This document shows positions 1 through 9,774 of a stretch of 64,000 bases of DNA, in pieces (the first letter of the stretch is position 1; each line of letters starts with the position of its first letter). The stretch comes from Thermoplasmatales archaeon (GTDB taxonomy: Archaea; Thermoplasmatota; Thermoplasmata; Thermoplasmatales; GCA-001856825), in contig DAHWMK010000005.1 in NCBI GenBank assembly GCA_027343225.1, forward strand, positions 98,630-162,629, written 5' to 3'. The notes below the pieces were generated by a model. That model ran no database searches. It saw only the letters and a list, made by a program, of their open reading frames with translations, and was not told where the DNA came from. The translations under genes were made by a program, and so were the position numbers.

Positions 1-427
1 TCATTGGTCTATTTAGCCGTTGGGCCAACCTTTCGCTCCTCTTGTTGCATCCTCTTCTGCATCTTGCATTTTTTGTTTCTATTGCATCGTATATATCTCT
101 AAATTTTGATCCTATCCCGTTTACACTTCTATAGGGGTGAGCACAGACAGCTATTCCGTTCCTGCTGTGGATCGCGTCAACTGTCTCCTCCTGACTCAGT
201 TTAGATGGGATTTCTCCATTGATGAAAAGTGCAAGTATATGTCCGTCTCTGGAGGAAACTTCCTCCCCACGTATTATTAGTAAGTCTCCCTTGTGTTCAA
301 CAAACCTGTTGTGATCGGAAATTGCAATAAAATCAAGGCCCCTTTCCTTGGCAGTCTTAATGATCTTATCAGGTTCAAGCGTCGAATCTGGAGAATACTT
401 GGAATGAATATGAAGGTCTCCTTTCAT
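1..427 (-). CDS. PHP-domain metal-dependent phosphoesterase; the C-terminal part runs off the window start
   Basis: Absent from the ORF track because there is no stop inside the window. The reverse-strand ATG at 427-425 opens MKGDLHIHSKYSPDSTLEPDKIIKTAKERGLDFIAISDHN..., the canonical PHP N-terminal His-x-His motif. The frame stays open to position 1. Its ATG overlaps the metG stop (ATGA). Confidence 0.75.
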   Translation of the reverse strand, partial: MKGDLHIHSKYSPDSTLEPDKIIKTAKERGLDFIAISDHNRFVEHKGDLLIIRGEEVSSRDGHILALFINGEIPSKLSQEETVDAIHSRNGIAVCAHPYRSVNGIGSKFRDIYDAIETKNARCRRGCNKRSERLAQRLNRPM

Positions 428-2526
428 TTTATTCTGATCCCTTCCTTCGGCGACCCGTCAAGGACCAATGTGCCACTTGGAACTTCCAAGTAAATGGGCT
501 TCTCTTCAATGAAAAGGGCAGGAACTACCTTCGAATTTCTGGAGGTTGTTTTAATAACAAACTTCCTGAATTCCTCTATCGAAATCTCTGACGGATCTAT
601 TTGCATATCACCAATCCGGACTTCCTCTCCAGGTGTTGCTCCATCCGGGGCCAGTACCAGGTGAATTCCTGTCTCATCCTCAGCAGCTAGAAGCATTCCG
701 TTAGATGCTTCTCCCCTGATCGTAGCGGGTTTAAGATTCGAAACGATGACTATTTTTTTGCCTCGCAAGGAATCCTTGTCATAATAATTCTTTATGCCGC
801 TCACTATTCTTCTCTTGCCATCTCCCAAGTTCAGATCCAGGAGATATAATTTCTCTGCATTGGGGTGGTCCGTAACTCTCTCGACTTCGGCAACTCGAAG
901 TCGGAGGCTCAACTGCTTGTTGGTAATCTTTTCATATAGCCTGTCTGGTTTGGTAACTAATTTAGCAACGGGGAAATAGAGGTCTTCTTTCAGTTCAACG
1001 GGCTCCTCATATCCAAGCCAGGAGAGTATTTTCTTTGATGTCTTCGGTAGAAAGATTTGGCCTGACACGGCAAGCGCATAGACAAGTTTTACTCCAGTAT
1101 ATATTGCCGCATTGCAGTTTGCATCGTCCTTTCTGCATGCGTCCCAGGTCTTCCGATTTGTAATGTAACTGTTACCGTAGTAGGCAAGATCTAACCACGT
1201 TCTAAAGGCATTTCTTATATGAATTTCTTCCATATCTTTTATTATTTGCGACATTGACTTCCTAATGATCATTTCCGCTTCTCTGTCCACCTCATTTTGC
1301 GCAATCTGATCTGAACTAACAGGTCCTTTCTTGAATGCGAGGACGAGGGCCCGGTTGACAAAGTTTCCGAACTTGTCAATTAGCTCCGTGTTAACTCTGT
1401 TTTCAAATTCCTCTACAGAGAAGTCTGAATCGTGTTCTTCGGGCAGGTTATAGAGCACTCCAAATCTCAGGAATTCGGGATCATACTTTTCCAAGAGTTG
1501 GAGTACGGTATATCCAGTGCCTCTACTCTTCGAGAACTTTTGCCCTTGGTAGTTTAGAAACTCATTTGCAGCCACATAATGAGGTAGAGTCATTTCTCCG
1601 TGTGCAATCAACATTCCCGGCCATATTATTGAGTGAAATACAATATTATCTTTTCCAATAAAGTGATAATATTTAATGCTCTTGTCCTTCCATAGGTTCA
1701 GTGCATCTTCCTGGTTTCCAAGTACGGACGCAACTCCAGTCAGGTATCCCAAGAGAGCTTCAAACCATACATATATTCTCTTATTCTCATAACCCGGAAA
1801 AGGCACTTCCACTCCCCAGTTTAAGTCCCTGGTAATGGGTCTATCCTTTAGACCGCTTGCTATGAAGTTTCTTGAAAAATTCAACACATTTTGTCTCCAT
1901 GTCACTTTTGAGTTGATGTATTCCATCAAATCTTTCTGTAGGTTTGAAAGACGGAAGAACAGGTGTTTTGTCTGCCTGAAATCGGGGGTTGTCTGGTCAA
2001 AAATACAGATGGGATTGAGGAGTTCGTTGGGTTCTAGTGTTCTTCCACAATTCTCACACTGGTCACCAGTGGCTAACTCATATCCACAGTAAGGACACTT
2101 TCCTTGTACGTATCTATCAGCTAGAAAGATGTCCTCCTTTACACAAAATGGTTGCGTCATTTCTGCTTCATAGATGTATCCATTATCCATCAGCTTCTTT
2201 AGGAATTTTGCCGTTATTTCCTTGTGAAGAGTCGATGACGTCTCTATATAAGCGTCGAATTCGATGCCTAAACTCTTGAATATCTCTAGATCCAGTTCGT
2301 GGAATTTCTTGACGATCTCCTCTGGAGGTACACCTTCTCTTATTGACTTGACCGTTATTGGAGTACCATGCTCATCACTGCCGGAAGTAGCAATCACATC
2401 ATATCCCCTTAGTTTCAGGAATCTCCTGAAAACATCGTATGGGAGATATGCTCCAGCTATCTGCCCGAGATGGAGACTGCTATTTACGTAGGGGAGGGCA
2501 GCAAACACCAGTACCTTTTCTTTCAC
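424..2526 (-). CDS. metG: Methionyl-tRNA synthetase with a C-terminal Trbp111/EMAP-like tRNA-binding domain
   Basis: 700 aa. HIGH-type motif (SSLHLGQ), KMSKS-type motif (KFSKSRG), zinc knuckle CPYCGYELATGDQCENCG, and a C-terminal HPNAEKLYLLDLNLG tRNA-binding fold. GTG start with a TATA-like TTAATATA about 21-28 nt upstream. Confidence 0.95.
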   Translation of the reverse strand: MKEKVLVFAALPYVNSSLHLGQIAGAYLPYDVFRRFLKLRGYDVIATSGSDEHGTPITVKSIREGVPPEEIVKKFHELDLEIFKSLGIEFDAYIETSSTLHKEITAKFLKKLMDNGYIYEAEMTQPFCVKEDIFLADRYVQGKCPYCGYELATGDQCENCGRTLEPNELLNPICIFDQTTPDFRQTKHLFFRLSNLQKDLMEYINSKVTWRQNVLNFSRNFIASGLKDRPITRDLNWGVEVPFPGYENKRIYVWFEALLGYLTGVASVLGNQEDALNLWKDKSIKYYHFIGKDNIVFHSIIWPGMLIAHGEMTLPHYVAANEFLNYQGQKFSKSRGTGYTVLQLLEKYDPEFLRFGVLYNLPEEHDSDFSVEEFENRVNTELIDKFGNFVNRALVLAFKKGPVSSDQIAQNEVDREAEMIIRKSMSQIIKDMEEIHIRNAFRTWLDLAYYGNSYITNRKTWDACRKDDANCNAAIYTGVKLVYALAVSGQIFLPKTSKKILSWLGYEEPVELKEDLYFPVAKLVTKPDRLYEKITNKQLSLRLRVAEVERVTDHPNAEKLYLLDLNLGDGKRRIVSGIKNYYDKDSLRGKKIVIVSNLKPATIRGEASNGMLLAAEDETGIHLVLAPDGATPGEEVRIGDMQIDPSEISIEEFRKFVIKTTSRNSKVVPALFIEEKPIYLEVPSGTLVLDGSPKEGIRIK

Positions 2527-2583
2527 TCCCGTTGATAAATAGATACTATATTAAGACTTCAGAACCAACTAAAAGAAACGAAG

Positions 2584-2602
2584 GAAATAAAAAATAAAAA
2601 AA
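2584..2602 (-). terminator. Oligo-T tract (TTTTTTTATTTTTTATTTCC on the reverse strand) immediately after the stop of the 126-aa gene
   Basis: Archaeal intrinsic terminators are T-runs, and this one follows the ftsZ/membrane-protein pair and precedes the metG TATA box. Sequence-only inference. Confidence 0.4.
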
Positions 2603-2983
2603 CTAATGGGTCTTGAGACCCAACTTGCTCACGTTTCTATGGTAGCCGGTCGAATATGCTGCATATAGGTAGCTGATTGCCGCAACAACTGCAGTCGTTA
2701 TTGTAAGGTACAGGAACATGTTGTGCCCTCCAGCCAGTACAACTACTGTGTACACCATTGCTAAGCCCGCGCCTAGGTATACAAAGGGTATTACCCTTAC
2801 TATCTTGTTTGCCGAGTTAGATAGTAGTAGATACGAAGCGAGCGAATACGCTAGGAAGGCAAATGAGGTATAGAGTACTGCTTGAAGTATTCCGTGTCCA
2901 AGCTGAAAGACATAAACCACCAAGAGAATCGAGGCAAGTAATCCAAACAGGCCAGAAGCCAGTCTAAATCCTTTCTTCTCCAT
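2603..2983 (-). CDS. Small polytopic membrane protein (about 4 TM), co-transcribed with ftsZ
   Basis: 126 aa, almost entirely hydrophobic helices. The ATG lies 2 nt after the ftsZ stop (TAG-AG-ATG). No recognisable family. Confidence 0.6.
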   Translation of the reverse strand: MEKKGFRLASGLFGLLASILLVVYVFQLGHGILQAVLYTSFAFLAYSLASYLLLSNSANKIVRVIPFVYLGAGLAMVYTVVVLAGGHNMFLYLTITTAVVAAISYLYAAYSTGYHRNVSKLGLKTH

Positions 2984-2985
2984 CT

Positions 2986-4095
2986 CTACATCACCGAGTC
3001 GATTTCTGCATCTAATCCCTTAGCTCCTTTTATTGCAACACCCTTGGAGGAGCTAAGAAAGTATGGAGAGTTAACACCTGTAAGAACAACGAGTACCTTG
3101 AATTCTCCAGCGAGAGCAGGATCAACGGACGCACCCCAGACTATCCTAGCCATGGGGTTCACTTTTTCTTGAACCATTCTGACTGCAGTTTCTGCCTGCG
3201 ATACCGTCATATCTTCTCCGCCGACAATTCTTACAAGTGCTCCTTTTGTCGTGGATATGTCTGCCTCAATGAGGGGGGATGTGATTGCCTCGGAAACTGC
3301 CTCCTCTACGGTAGCTTTTCCTCCAGTGCTCTCCCCTATTCCTATCATAGCGACTCCTCCTTCCTTCATAACAGTCTGAATGTCTGAATAGTCGAGATTT
3401 ACCAATCCTGGTTTCGTAATTATCTCGGTAAGACCCTTTAGGGATTCCATCAGGATTTCGTCCGCTACTTTGAAAGCTTGGTCCAGGGGCAGCCTTGGAA
3501 CAATTTCCAACAGTTTATCGTTTGGGATAACGATTGTAGTATCTGAGACCTTCCTCAGTTTTTCTATTCCATATATGGCATTGTCCATCCTTACTCTTCC
3601 TTCTGCTGAGAATGGTAGGGTGACAATGCTTATTACCAGTGACTTCTGATGTTTTGCAGCCTCGGCTACAACTGGTGCGACTCCTGTTCCAGTTCCTCCA
3701 CCCATTCCTGATGTGACAAAAACTATTTCAGAATTCCCCAGTGTGGACTGGATGTCGTTGTAGTCCTCACGTGCAGCCTCTTCTCCAACTTGAGGGATAG
3801 CGCCTGCCCCAAGCCCTCTAGTTGTCCTCTTTCCCACCAGAATCTTTCGATTTGCCTGTACGGTTAGGAGATGAGGAGCATCGGTGTTCATGGCAATTAG
3901 CTCTGCACCAAAGATGCCGGATTTTGCGCAGCGGTTTATTGTGTTAGTTCCCGCTCCGCCGCAGCCGACGATCTTGATGTTCACCTTCATTGACTCGACT
4001 AGCTTCGCAATCTCTTCATCATCGGGAGAGATGAAGTTCCTCTGATTTTGAATGGTATAATCGTTTGGCATAATCATACGTATGTCAGACGGCAT
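2986..4095 (-). CDS. ftsZ: Cell division GTPase FtsZ
   Basis: 369 aa. Tubulin signature SGMGGGTGTG, N-terminal IKIVGCGGAGTNTINR, and T7-loop region LVNLDYSDI. Confidence 0.93.
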   Translation of the reverse strand: MPSDIRMIMPNDYTIQNQRNFISPDDEEIAKLVESMKVNIKIVGCGGAGTNTINRCAKSGIFGAELIAMNTDAPHLLTVQANRKILVGKRTTRGLGAGAIPQVGEEAAREDYNDIQSTLGNSEIVFVTSGMGGGTGTGVAPVVAEAAKHQKSLVISIVTLPFSAEGRVRMDNAIYGIEKLRKVSDTTIVIPNDKLLEIVPRLPLDQAFKVADEILMESLKGLTEIITKPGLVNLDYSDIQTVMKEGGVAMIGIGESTGGKATVEEAVSEAITSPLIEADISTTKGALVRIVGGEDMTVSQAETAVRMVQEKVNPMARIVWGASVDPALAGEFKVLVVLTGVNSPYFLSSSKGVAIKGAKGLDAEIDSVM

Positions 4096-4124
4096 ATTTA
4101 TACTTTTCTTTATTTATTGTGATT

Positions 4125-4892
4125 CTACCGCTTTTCCAAGTCGTCAGACCCGAAGAAGATTTTCTGAAGGAATGAATAAATGTCTTCCATTCCCTCATCG
4201 TTTTCTGAAGAAGCAAATACGCTCTCTCCCAGTATGTCGAGACTTTCGCTCCCCCCCAATATTGCCTCTGATAGCTGTACGTTTAAGGAAGCTGACCCCT
4301 CTCTTAGGTCTTTAATCAACTCATTCCTATTCCTATCCCATCTCTCTATCCTATTCCTTTCAGCCGGTTCAAGCAAATCGGCCTTCGATACCACGTTTAG
4401 AAATGGAATGTAAAATCTGGTCATCACGCTCAGTGCAAGAAATCTAGATGAAACATATGACTCAGGATTTTTCATTAGTACCGAATCAAAGAGGTATAGC
4501 ATAGCATTGCTCTCATCTCCAAGGCTCGAGATCAGCTGTGAGGAAGACCCTCTGAATGCAAACAGTTCGAGCTGCCCCGGAGTGTCGATTAGAGTGTAGT
4601 CAGAATCGTACGAGTCCACTAATTCCCTTATCCTATCAGCTTCCTGCACAACAAGGTCAGCTGCAACGATCTGAGCCCCGTTAGGCCCAAGATTATAATT
4701 CTGCATCACGCTTTCAAGCGATATATTCTCCCTAATGTCTATGTCAGGAGTATATGGTAAGAATTCTGCACCTGGATCCAAATTTACAGTTATCGCGTCG
4801 TAGCTAAGGTTCTCCATCCATTCCTTCATCGTATTAACCAGCGTGGATTTTCCAGAACCTGCAGTCCCTACAAAATATACCCTAGGTATCAT
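4125..4892 (-). CDS. GPN-loop GTPase
   Basis: P-loop GTAGSGKST and the eponymous GPN motif (NLGPNGAQIV). I prefer the start at Met15 of the track ORF (MIPRVYFVGTAGSGKS), which overlaps the DP2 stop by 11 nt. Confidence 0.85.
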   Translation of the reverse strand: MIPRVYFVGTAGSGKSTLVNTMKEWMENLSYDAITVNLDPGAEFLPYTPDIDIRENISLESVMQNYNLGPNGAQIVAADLVVQEADRIRELVDSYDSDYTLIDTPGQLELFAFRGSSSQLISSLGDESNAMLYLFDSVLMKNPESYVSSRFLALSVMTRFYIPFLNVVSKADLLEPAERNRIERWDRNRNELIKDLREGSASLNVQLSEAILGGSESLDILGESVFASSENDEGMEDIYSFLQKIFFGSDDLEKR

Positions 4893-7800
4893 CGAAATCC
4901 TCCAGCGTCTTGAAGTTGTTGTCTTTTGCCTCAAATATTGAATTGACCGATTCCCTCATTATCCTTATCCTCTGTCTGACGTAGTTGCTGACCTCGAACT
5001 GATTGGTAATTTTGAAACTGGTTTCCAGGTACTTCGTAATGTTCCCTTTGTGGACTGTGCCCACCAGTTTCGTTCCACACTTTCTGCACTTACCTGTGAT
5101 TGGCAGTCGCCTGTATATTCTGTTGCAACTTGTGCATCTGAATGTTTGGGACCCGAATTTGTTCAAGTTCCCCATTATATCCGGTATGAAATGAGACTTG
5201 AGAATTCGTTCCGCCATGTCTGAAGCGTCAACTGCCCTTATCTTTTGCCCTAGTTTCAGAGTCAACTCCAGTTTTTGCTCCATGCTGGGAATAGTCTTGT
5301 AGCTCGATTCGAGCGTCCCCGTATTTATTGAAGAAGTGTCATCAGAGAACCCACACTTAGGGAACAGCTCCCCCTTCTTCACCTTGGAACCCGCAGTCAC
5401 GACATATTTTGTGATCTCAGATGGATCAGGGAACTTCATGGTCATTTCCAGCAGTTCCAGAGGGTATTCTCCAGTAATGTCGAGATTTAGAGCTTCCTTG
5501 TCTATTTCTGCTGGGTTGATCCTGAGAGATAGTACGAGGGGGGCATCCATAAAACTTCCTCTCGAGTTTGGCAGGTAGTCAAGTGAGAAATTGAGCAGAC
5601 CGTCCAGCAGTAGCATTATAGAATCTTCGTCTCCGTCGCAGTTTCTTCTTTTGGCAGCATGGAAAAAAGGGTGTGCATAACATACACTTCCGTCGGTATA
5701 ACCTATGATCCTTCCTAGTATTCCGCCGGAGGTGTGTGGTGCGAGTCCAATTACAAGAGTACCTATTAGGTCTTCTTTGCTTCTTGCTCTGTAGAAAGGC
5801 TCAAGGCCATAAAATTTTTGCAGGAGATCGTCGACGAAGTTAGAGACTCTTAAGAGGTACTGTCCTGCCTTCTTGCTAGGAACGACGTCTTGCGGATAGA
5901 TCTCAATTATCTGAGAATCATCGGTCAGCTCTGCTCCCGTATGGTCCTTAGAATACCCAAGAGATCTTGCCTTTTCCGGCGTCAACCCAATCTCGCTGAG
6001 TCTTGCGTGGGTCAATGGTACGTCTGACATGTCAAACCTGCAAGTTCCATCCTTGAATGGATAGACAGAATAAGAGGCCCTCAAAATCCCCTTCTCGATA
6101 GGCTCTGGTGTCTTGTGTGTCGATGTGAGCCCCCTTACTCCGTTTACCTTTTTTGGCACCACAACACCTAATTGTTCCACCTTGGTTCTAAGAATCTCAG
6201 ATATGTTGATATCGAATTCCTTGGTCCGGTCAGTCGGATTGGTATGGGAACCGCATTTCTCACAAACATTGCTAAACGTTATGGCTCCGCATCCAGAACA
6301 CTGTCTCACTTGCATCTCGGTACCTTGAAGTTCCTCGTACTGATTCAAGTCCCTCCTATTTTTCTGGACGTTCCCAATGGGAAAAAGAACGTGAACTGGA
6401 GGGTTCATCTTTCTTTCCTCTGCCTTCTCTGGTCTTCCCATTCTTGCACCGATTCTGGTTAGTCCTCTTGGAAGTATGGGGAATCCTGCCAGTGCATTTA
6501 TGGTTCTCATGGCATCGCTACCTGTGACCTTCTTTCTTGATACTACCTTATTGTTTTCATTCCTCATACCCAAGGGAGCTATCAAACTCCGATAATTCTT
6601 AATTCTGATTCTATCAGTAACTTCGAATTCACAAAGGATGTCAGTCAAGAATCTTGTGCTGAAATCAGTCACAGGTAACTCCAGACAGTCGTCTCTTATG
6701 ACAGAGTCGTTTTCGACTATTTCAGAGAACAGTTGAATGTCTTCGACGCTGACATCGTGCCACAGGTAAGTGAAGGAGGGATGAAGTGGAATCCCTAGCG
6801 AGATCGATGCTTCTACTGCCTCTTTTTCTGAATTAACCTCAGGAATTCTGCCAATCGTCCTGACACAGAGTTGTCTCCACCAAGATTCAGTGAACGATCC
6901 CGGAAATAGAACCTTATTGTTCTCAATAAACTCCCCAAACGAAATCATTATTTCTCCTAGATCTACTATTTCCTTAATGTTTTCACGATTCGTTTCATAC
7001 ATCATTTCGTTCTTTAGGTTGACGAGACTCCCAGACTCAAGAAGAACGGTCGGTCCATCAAGATTAGAATTGGCAACAACCGCTCCCGCTTTACCTGGTC
7101 TTTCCATCTTTATTTGCGTCCCAAGAGCTATGAAGTCATCGAGTACCTTCATTGTTACCGGACTAATTGCAACTGCTGCCAGCCCAGTGTTCCTCGACCT
7201 CCCATATCTCAGTCGAAACCCTCCTTTCCTTGAGGGGTACGATAGGGCAGGTCGACCTGCCAGCATTTCCTTGAGGTAGTTTGAATTTGGGAACAGGTTC
7301 TTTTCTTCTTTCTTTTCTGAAGAGAAGGACCATCCTTCCAGTCCAAAAGTACTCACATATTTCTTGAGTTTCGGCCCCTTGAGAATGAGTCCTTCCGCAA
7401 TGACAAGGGCCATTCCTCCGCGAAGTCTGTTTGTCTCGATATCTGGAAGATTCCTGTGTCCAGTTATTTCTGTTTCTTCGGTACCTTCTCCAGTTATGCA
7501 AACTGGTGAACCCTTCACAGCAGTCTCAATCTCCTCGTTTGTTGGGATGTATTGGAGGTGTTGCACTCTTGCGTAGAGTGGTATTTCTTCCTTACATCTC
7601 TCGATTTCCTCGTCGGTGGCAACGTACTTTCCTATCCCAAATTTCCTTCTCAGTAGGTCTCCTACGAAAACGCTAAGAGCCTGAGCTGTTCCTCCAGCGC
7701 TCCTTATAGGCCCTGAGTAATATATTGCAAGATAGCTGTCTCCATTCCTTTTCTTTACCCTGACTCCCGTTATGCCTTCCAGTGGTGCAACAAGTATGCC

Positions 7801-8130
7801 CTCTGTCAGAATAGCAAGTGCGACCCTTATTCCTTTCTCTATTCTGACCTCGTCTGGACCGTCGAAACGATCCGATACCGAAATTGCAGCCTCAATTGCA
7901 ACTCTTTCCCTGTCATATTTCTTAGAGAGTTCCTTTATTATTTCTGATGCTTCAATTCCCGTCAGGGCCTGGACCCGTCCCGCAAGATCCTCTGCTTGTG
8001 GAATCTCCACCTTTGTTTCACAATCTCTGCCTTGCGCCCTGGCCTTCGTGGCAATATCGTACTGAAGGCTTGCTTCGTTCTTCAATCTTAGAAAATAGTT
8101 TTCGAGCGCCTCAGGCATGTTAATACTCAT
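4882..8130 (-). CDS. polC: DNA polymerase D (PolD) large catalytic subunit DP2
   Basis: 1082 aa. Conserved DP2 blocks (LAPHTSGG, RRNCDGDEDS acidic catalytic block), two Cys4 zinc fingers (CSGCGAITFSNVCEKCG and CTSCNRIYRRLPITGKCRKCG), and no intein. Confidence 0.93.
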   Translation of the reverse strand: MSINMPEALENYFLRLKNEASLQYDIATKARAQGRDCETKVEIPQAEDLAGRVQALTGIEASEIIKELSKKYDRERVAIEAAISVSDRFDGPDEVRIEKGIRVALAILTEGILVAPLEGITGVRVKKRNGDSYLAIYYSGPIRSAGGTAQALSVFVGDLLRRKFGIGKYVATDEEIERCKEEIPLYARVQHLQYIPTNEEIETAVKGSPVCITGEGTEETEITGHRNLPDIETNRLRGGMALVIAEGLILKGPKLKKYVSTFGLEGWSFSSEKKEEKNLFPNSNYLKEMLAGRPALSYPSRKGGFRLRYGRSRNTGLAAVAISPVTMKVLDDFIALGTQIKMERPGKAGAVVANSNLDGPTVLLESGSLVNLKNEMMYETNRENIKEIVDLGEIMISFGEFIENNKVLFPGSFTESWWRQLCVRTIGRIPEVNSEKEAVEASISLGIPLHPSFTYLWHDVSVEDIQLFSEIVENDSVIRDDCLELPVTDFSTRFLTDILCEFEVTDRIRIKNYRSLIAPLGMRNENNKVVSRKKVTGSDAMRTINALAGFPILPRGLTRIGARMGRPEKAEERKMNPPVHVLFPIGNVQKNRRDLNQYEELQGTEMQVRQCSGCGAITFSNVCEKCGSHTNPTDRTKEFDINISEILRTKVEQLGVVVPKKVNGVRGLTSTHKTPEPIEKGILRASYSVYPFKDGTCRFDMSDVPLTHARLSEIGLTPEKARSLGYSKDHTGAELTDDSQIIEIYPQDVVPSKKAGQYLLRVSNFVDDLLQKFYGLEPFYRARSKEDLIGTLVIGLAPHTSGGILGRIIGYTDGSVCYAHPFFHAAKRRNCDGDEDSIMLLLDGLLNFSLDYLPNSRGSFMDAPLVLSLRINPAEIDKEALNLDITGEYPLELLEMTMKFPDPSEITKYVVTAGSKVKKGELFPKCGFSDDTSSINTGTLESSYKTIPSMEQKLELTLKLGQKIRAVDASDMAERILKSHFIPDIMGNLNKFGSQTFRCTSCNRIYRRLPITGKCRKCGTKLVGTVHKGNITKYLETSFKITNQFEVSNYVRQRIRIMRESVNSIFEAKDNNFKTLEDFDDT

Positions 8131-8151
8131 TTAGTTTAAGAATAAATAATT

Positions 8152-8766
8152 TCAATAGTCATCAAGAGTTGAAGTTATTGCGTCAACAGTTTTCCATGAC
8201 CTTCGAACGTGAGCAGGGAGTTTCTTGTTCTTTTTGAAGTATTCCTTCAGGAAGAGAACTGTTCTTGCATCCGATGGATATCCTGACCCAAATTCTCCGA
8301 TTTCTTCTTTTATCTTTGAAAGCTCCCTCTCTCTGGTAACTTTTGCTATTATTGAAGCGGCAGAAACGAGAGGATAGTCGACATCTGCTTTGTGTTTTGC
8401 AATTATTTTTTGGTTTCCACTCAGATCTTTCATTAGTCTTTCGAATCTCTCTTCGTTGACGTCTGGGCAATCAATCACGTATTCATTGTCCGCTCTGATC
8501 AGTTTAGAGATTACTCTTGCCTCAAGGAGATTAAGTTCATTTTTGTAGGTTGATTCATCAATTTCCTTTTCTGTCACTACAACGAAATCAACCAAATCTG
8601 CTGAATTCATGATCAGGTCAAACATTGATTCCCTAGTTGACTCTGAAAGTGCCTTCGAATCTTTAACACCTATTTTCTTAATTTTGTTAGGGTCTCCACA
8701 CACCACAGCTATAACCATAGGCCCAATTACTGGTCCTCTCCCAGCTTCGTCACATCCACATAACAT
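8152..8766 (-). CDS. rnhB: Ribonuclease HII
   Basis: 204 aa. N-terminal GCDEAGRGPVIGPMV catalytic motif and a DSK motif. Confidence 0.92.
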   Translation of the reverse strand: MLCGCDEAGRGPVIGPMVIAVVCGDPNKIKKIGVKDSKALSESTRESMFDLIMNSADLVDFVVVTEKEIDESTYKNELNLLEARVISKLIRADNEYVIDCPDVNEERFERLMKDLSGNQKIIAKHKADVDYPLVSAASIIAKVTRERELSKIKEEIGEFGSGYPSDARTVLFLKEYFKKNKKLPAHVRRSWKTVDAITSTLDDY

Positions 8767-8844
8767 TTACTGTTGGATGCATTCCCACTCTATTAGCTTA
8801 ATTGGTCCGATTCCTTGTAAATGAACGTAACCAAGTTCAGGTTT

Positions 8845-9774
8845 TTAGGAAAGCGGAATGGATTTCTCAAGAGAAATACCAGTTCCTACGTTAAGCGCCT
8901 GATCACTTACTATGTTGAGTTTACCAAATTCAGTCTCAACAAGATAATTGTGTTTAATCCCCTTTTCTTCATAAATTACTTTCACTTTGATTAGCCCACC
9001 AAATACCACCTTGCTTGGATGGATAGCATATTTTTTATCACCGACATTGTAAATATTGTAACCTAGGATTTTTGCTATATCCTCCGTCTTTGGGCGATTA
9101 AGAATACGGTCCTTTTCACCGTCATCAAGTATGGACCCGTCGTGGAGGATAGCAATGCTGTCTCCCAATATTTCAGCATCCGCAAGATCATGCGTCACAT
9201 AGATAATTGAAACCCCAAACCTCCTTTGAATATCCTTAATGTACCATCTCATGCTGTTCCTGAGGAAGGAGTCTAGGGATGACAGTGGTTCATCCATCAG
9301 GATTAGATCGGGTTCTGTTATCAGTGTTCTGGCAAGCGCAACCAGTTGCTTTTCTCCACCACTGAGTTGAGAAGGGAACTTGTGCAATTGGTTTTCGACT
9401 GAAAGGGTCTCGCTGACTTCATGCACCTTCTTGTTGATTTCATCTACATTTTTAGATCTGATTCTTAGTCCGTATGCAATATTCTCCGCTACGTTCATCG
9501 AGTAGAATAATCCCAGGTCCTGGAAGACGAAACCTATATTCCTTTTCTCGATCTCAAGATCCGTGATGTCTTTTCCATCCTTGATTATGGCGCCTGAGTC
9601 TGGTTTTATGATGCCTGCGATTGAATTGAGGATGCTCGTTTTTCCACTGCCGGACGCGCCAAGGATTACTTTTATCTCTCGTTCCTTTAGGGAGAAACTG
9701 ACATTTTTCAAAATGTCCTCGGAACCTATTTTCTTAGAAATTGCCTGAACTCTAAGTTTGTCCAACCGAACCAC
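8845..9774 (-). CDS. thiQ: ABC transporter ATPase (ThiQ/FbpC-like) with a C-terminal regulatory domain
   Basis: Walker A GASGSGKTS, signature LSGGEKQ, Walker B LILMDEP. Last gene of a 3-gene operon preceded by a TPP riboswitch. 23-nt overlap with the permease gene. Confidence 0.85.
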   Translation of the reverse strand: MVRLDKLRVQAISKKIGSEDILKNVSFSLKEREIKVILGASGSGKTSILNSIAGIIKPDSGAIIKDGKDITDLEIEKRNIGFVFQDLGLFYSMNVAENIAYGLRIRSKNVDEINKKVHEVSETLSVENQLHKFPSQLSGGEKQLVALARTLITEPDLILMDEPLSSLDSFLRNSMRWYIKDIQRRFGVSIIYVTHDLADAEILGDSIAILHDGSILDDGEKDRILNRPKTEDIAKILGYNIYNVGDKKYAIHPSKVVFGGLIKVKVIYEEKGIKHNYLVETEFGKLNIVSDQALNVGTGISLEKSIPLS

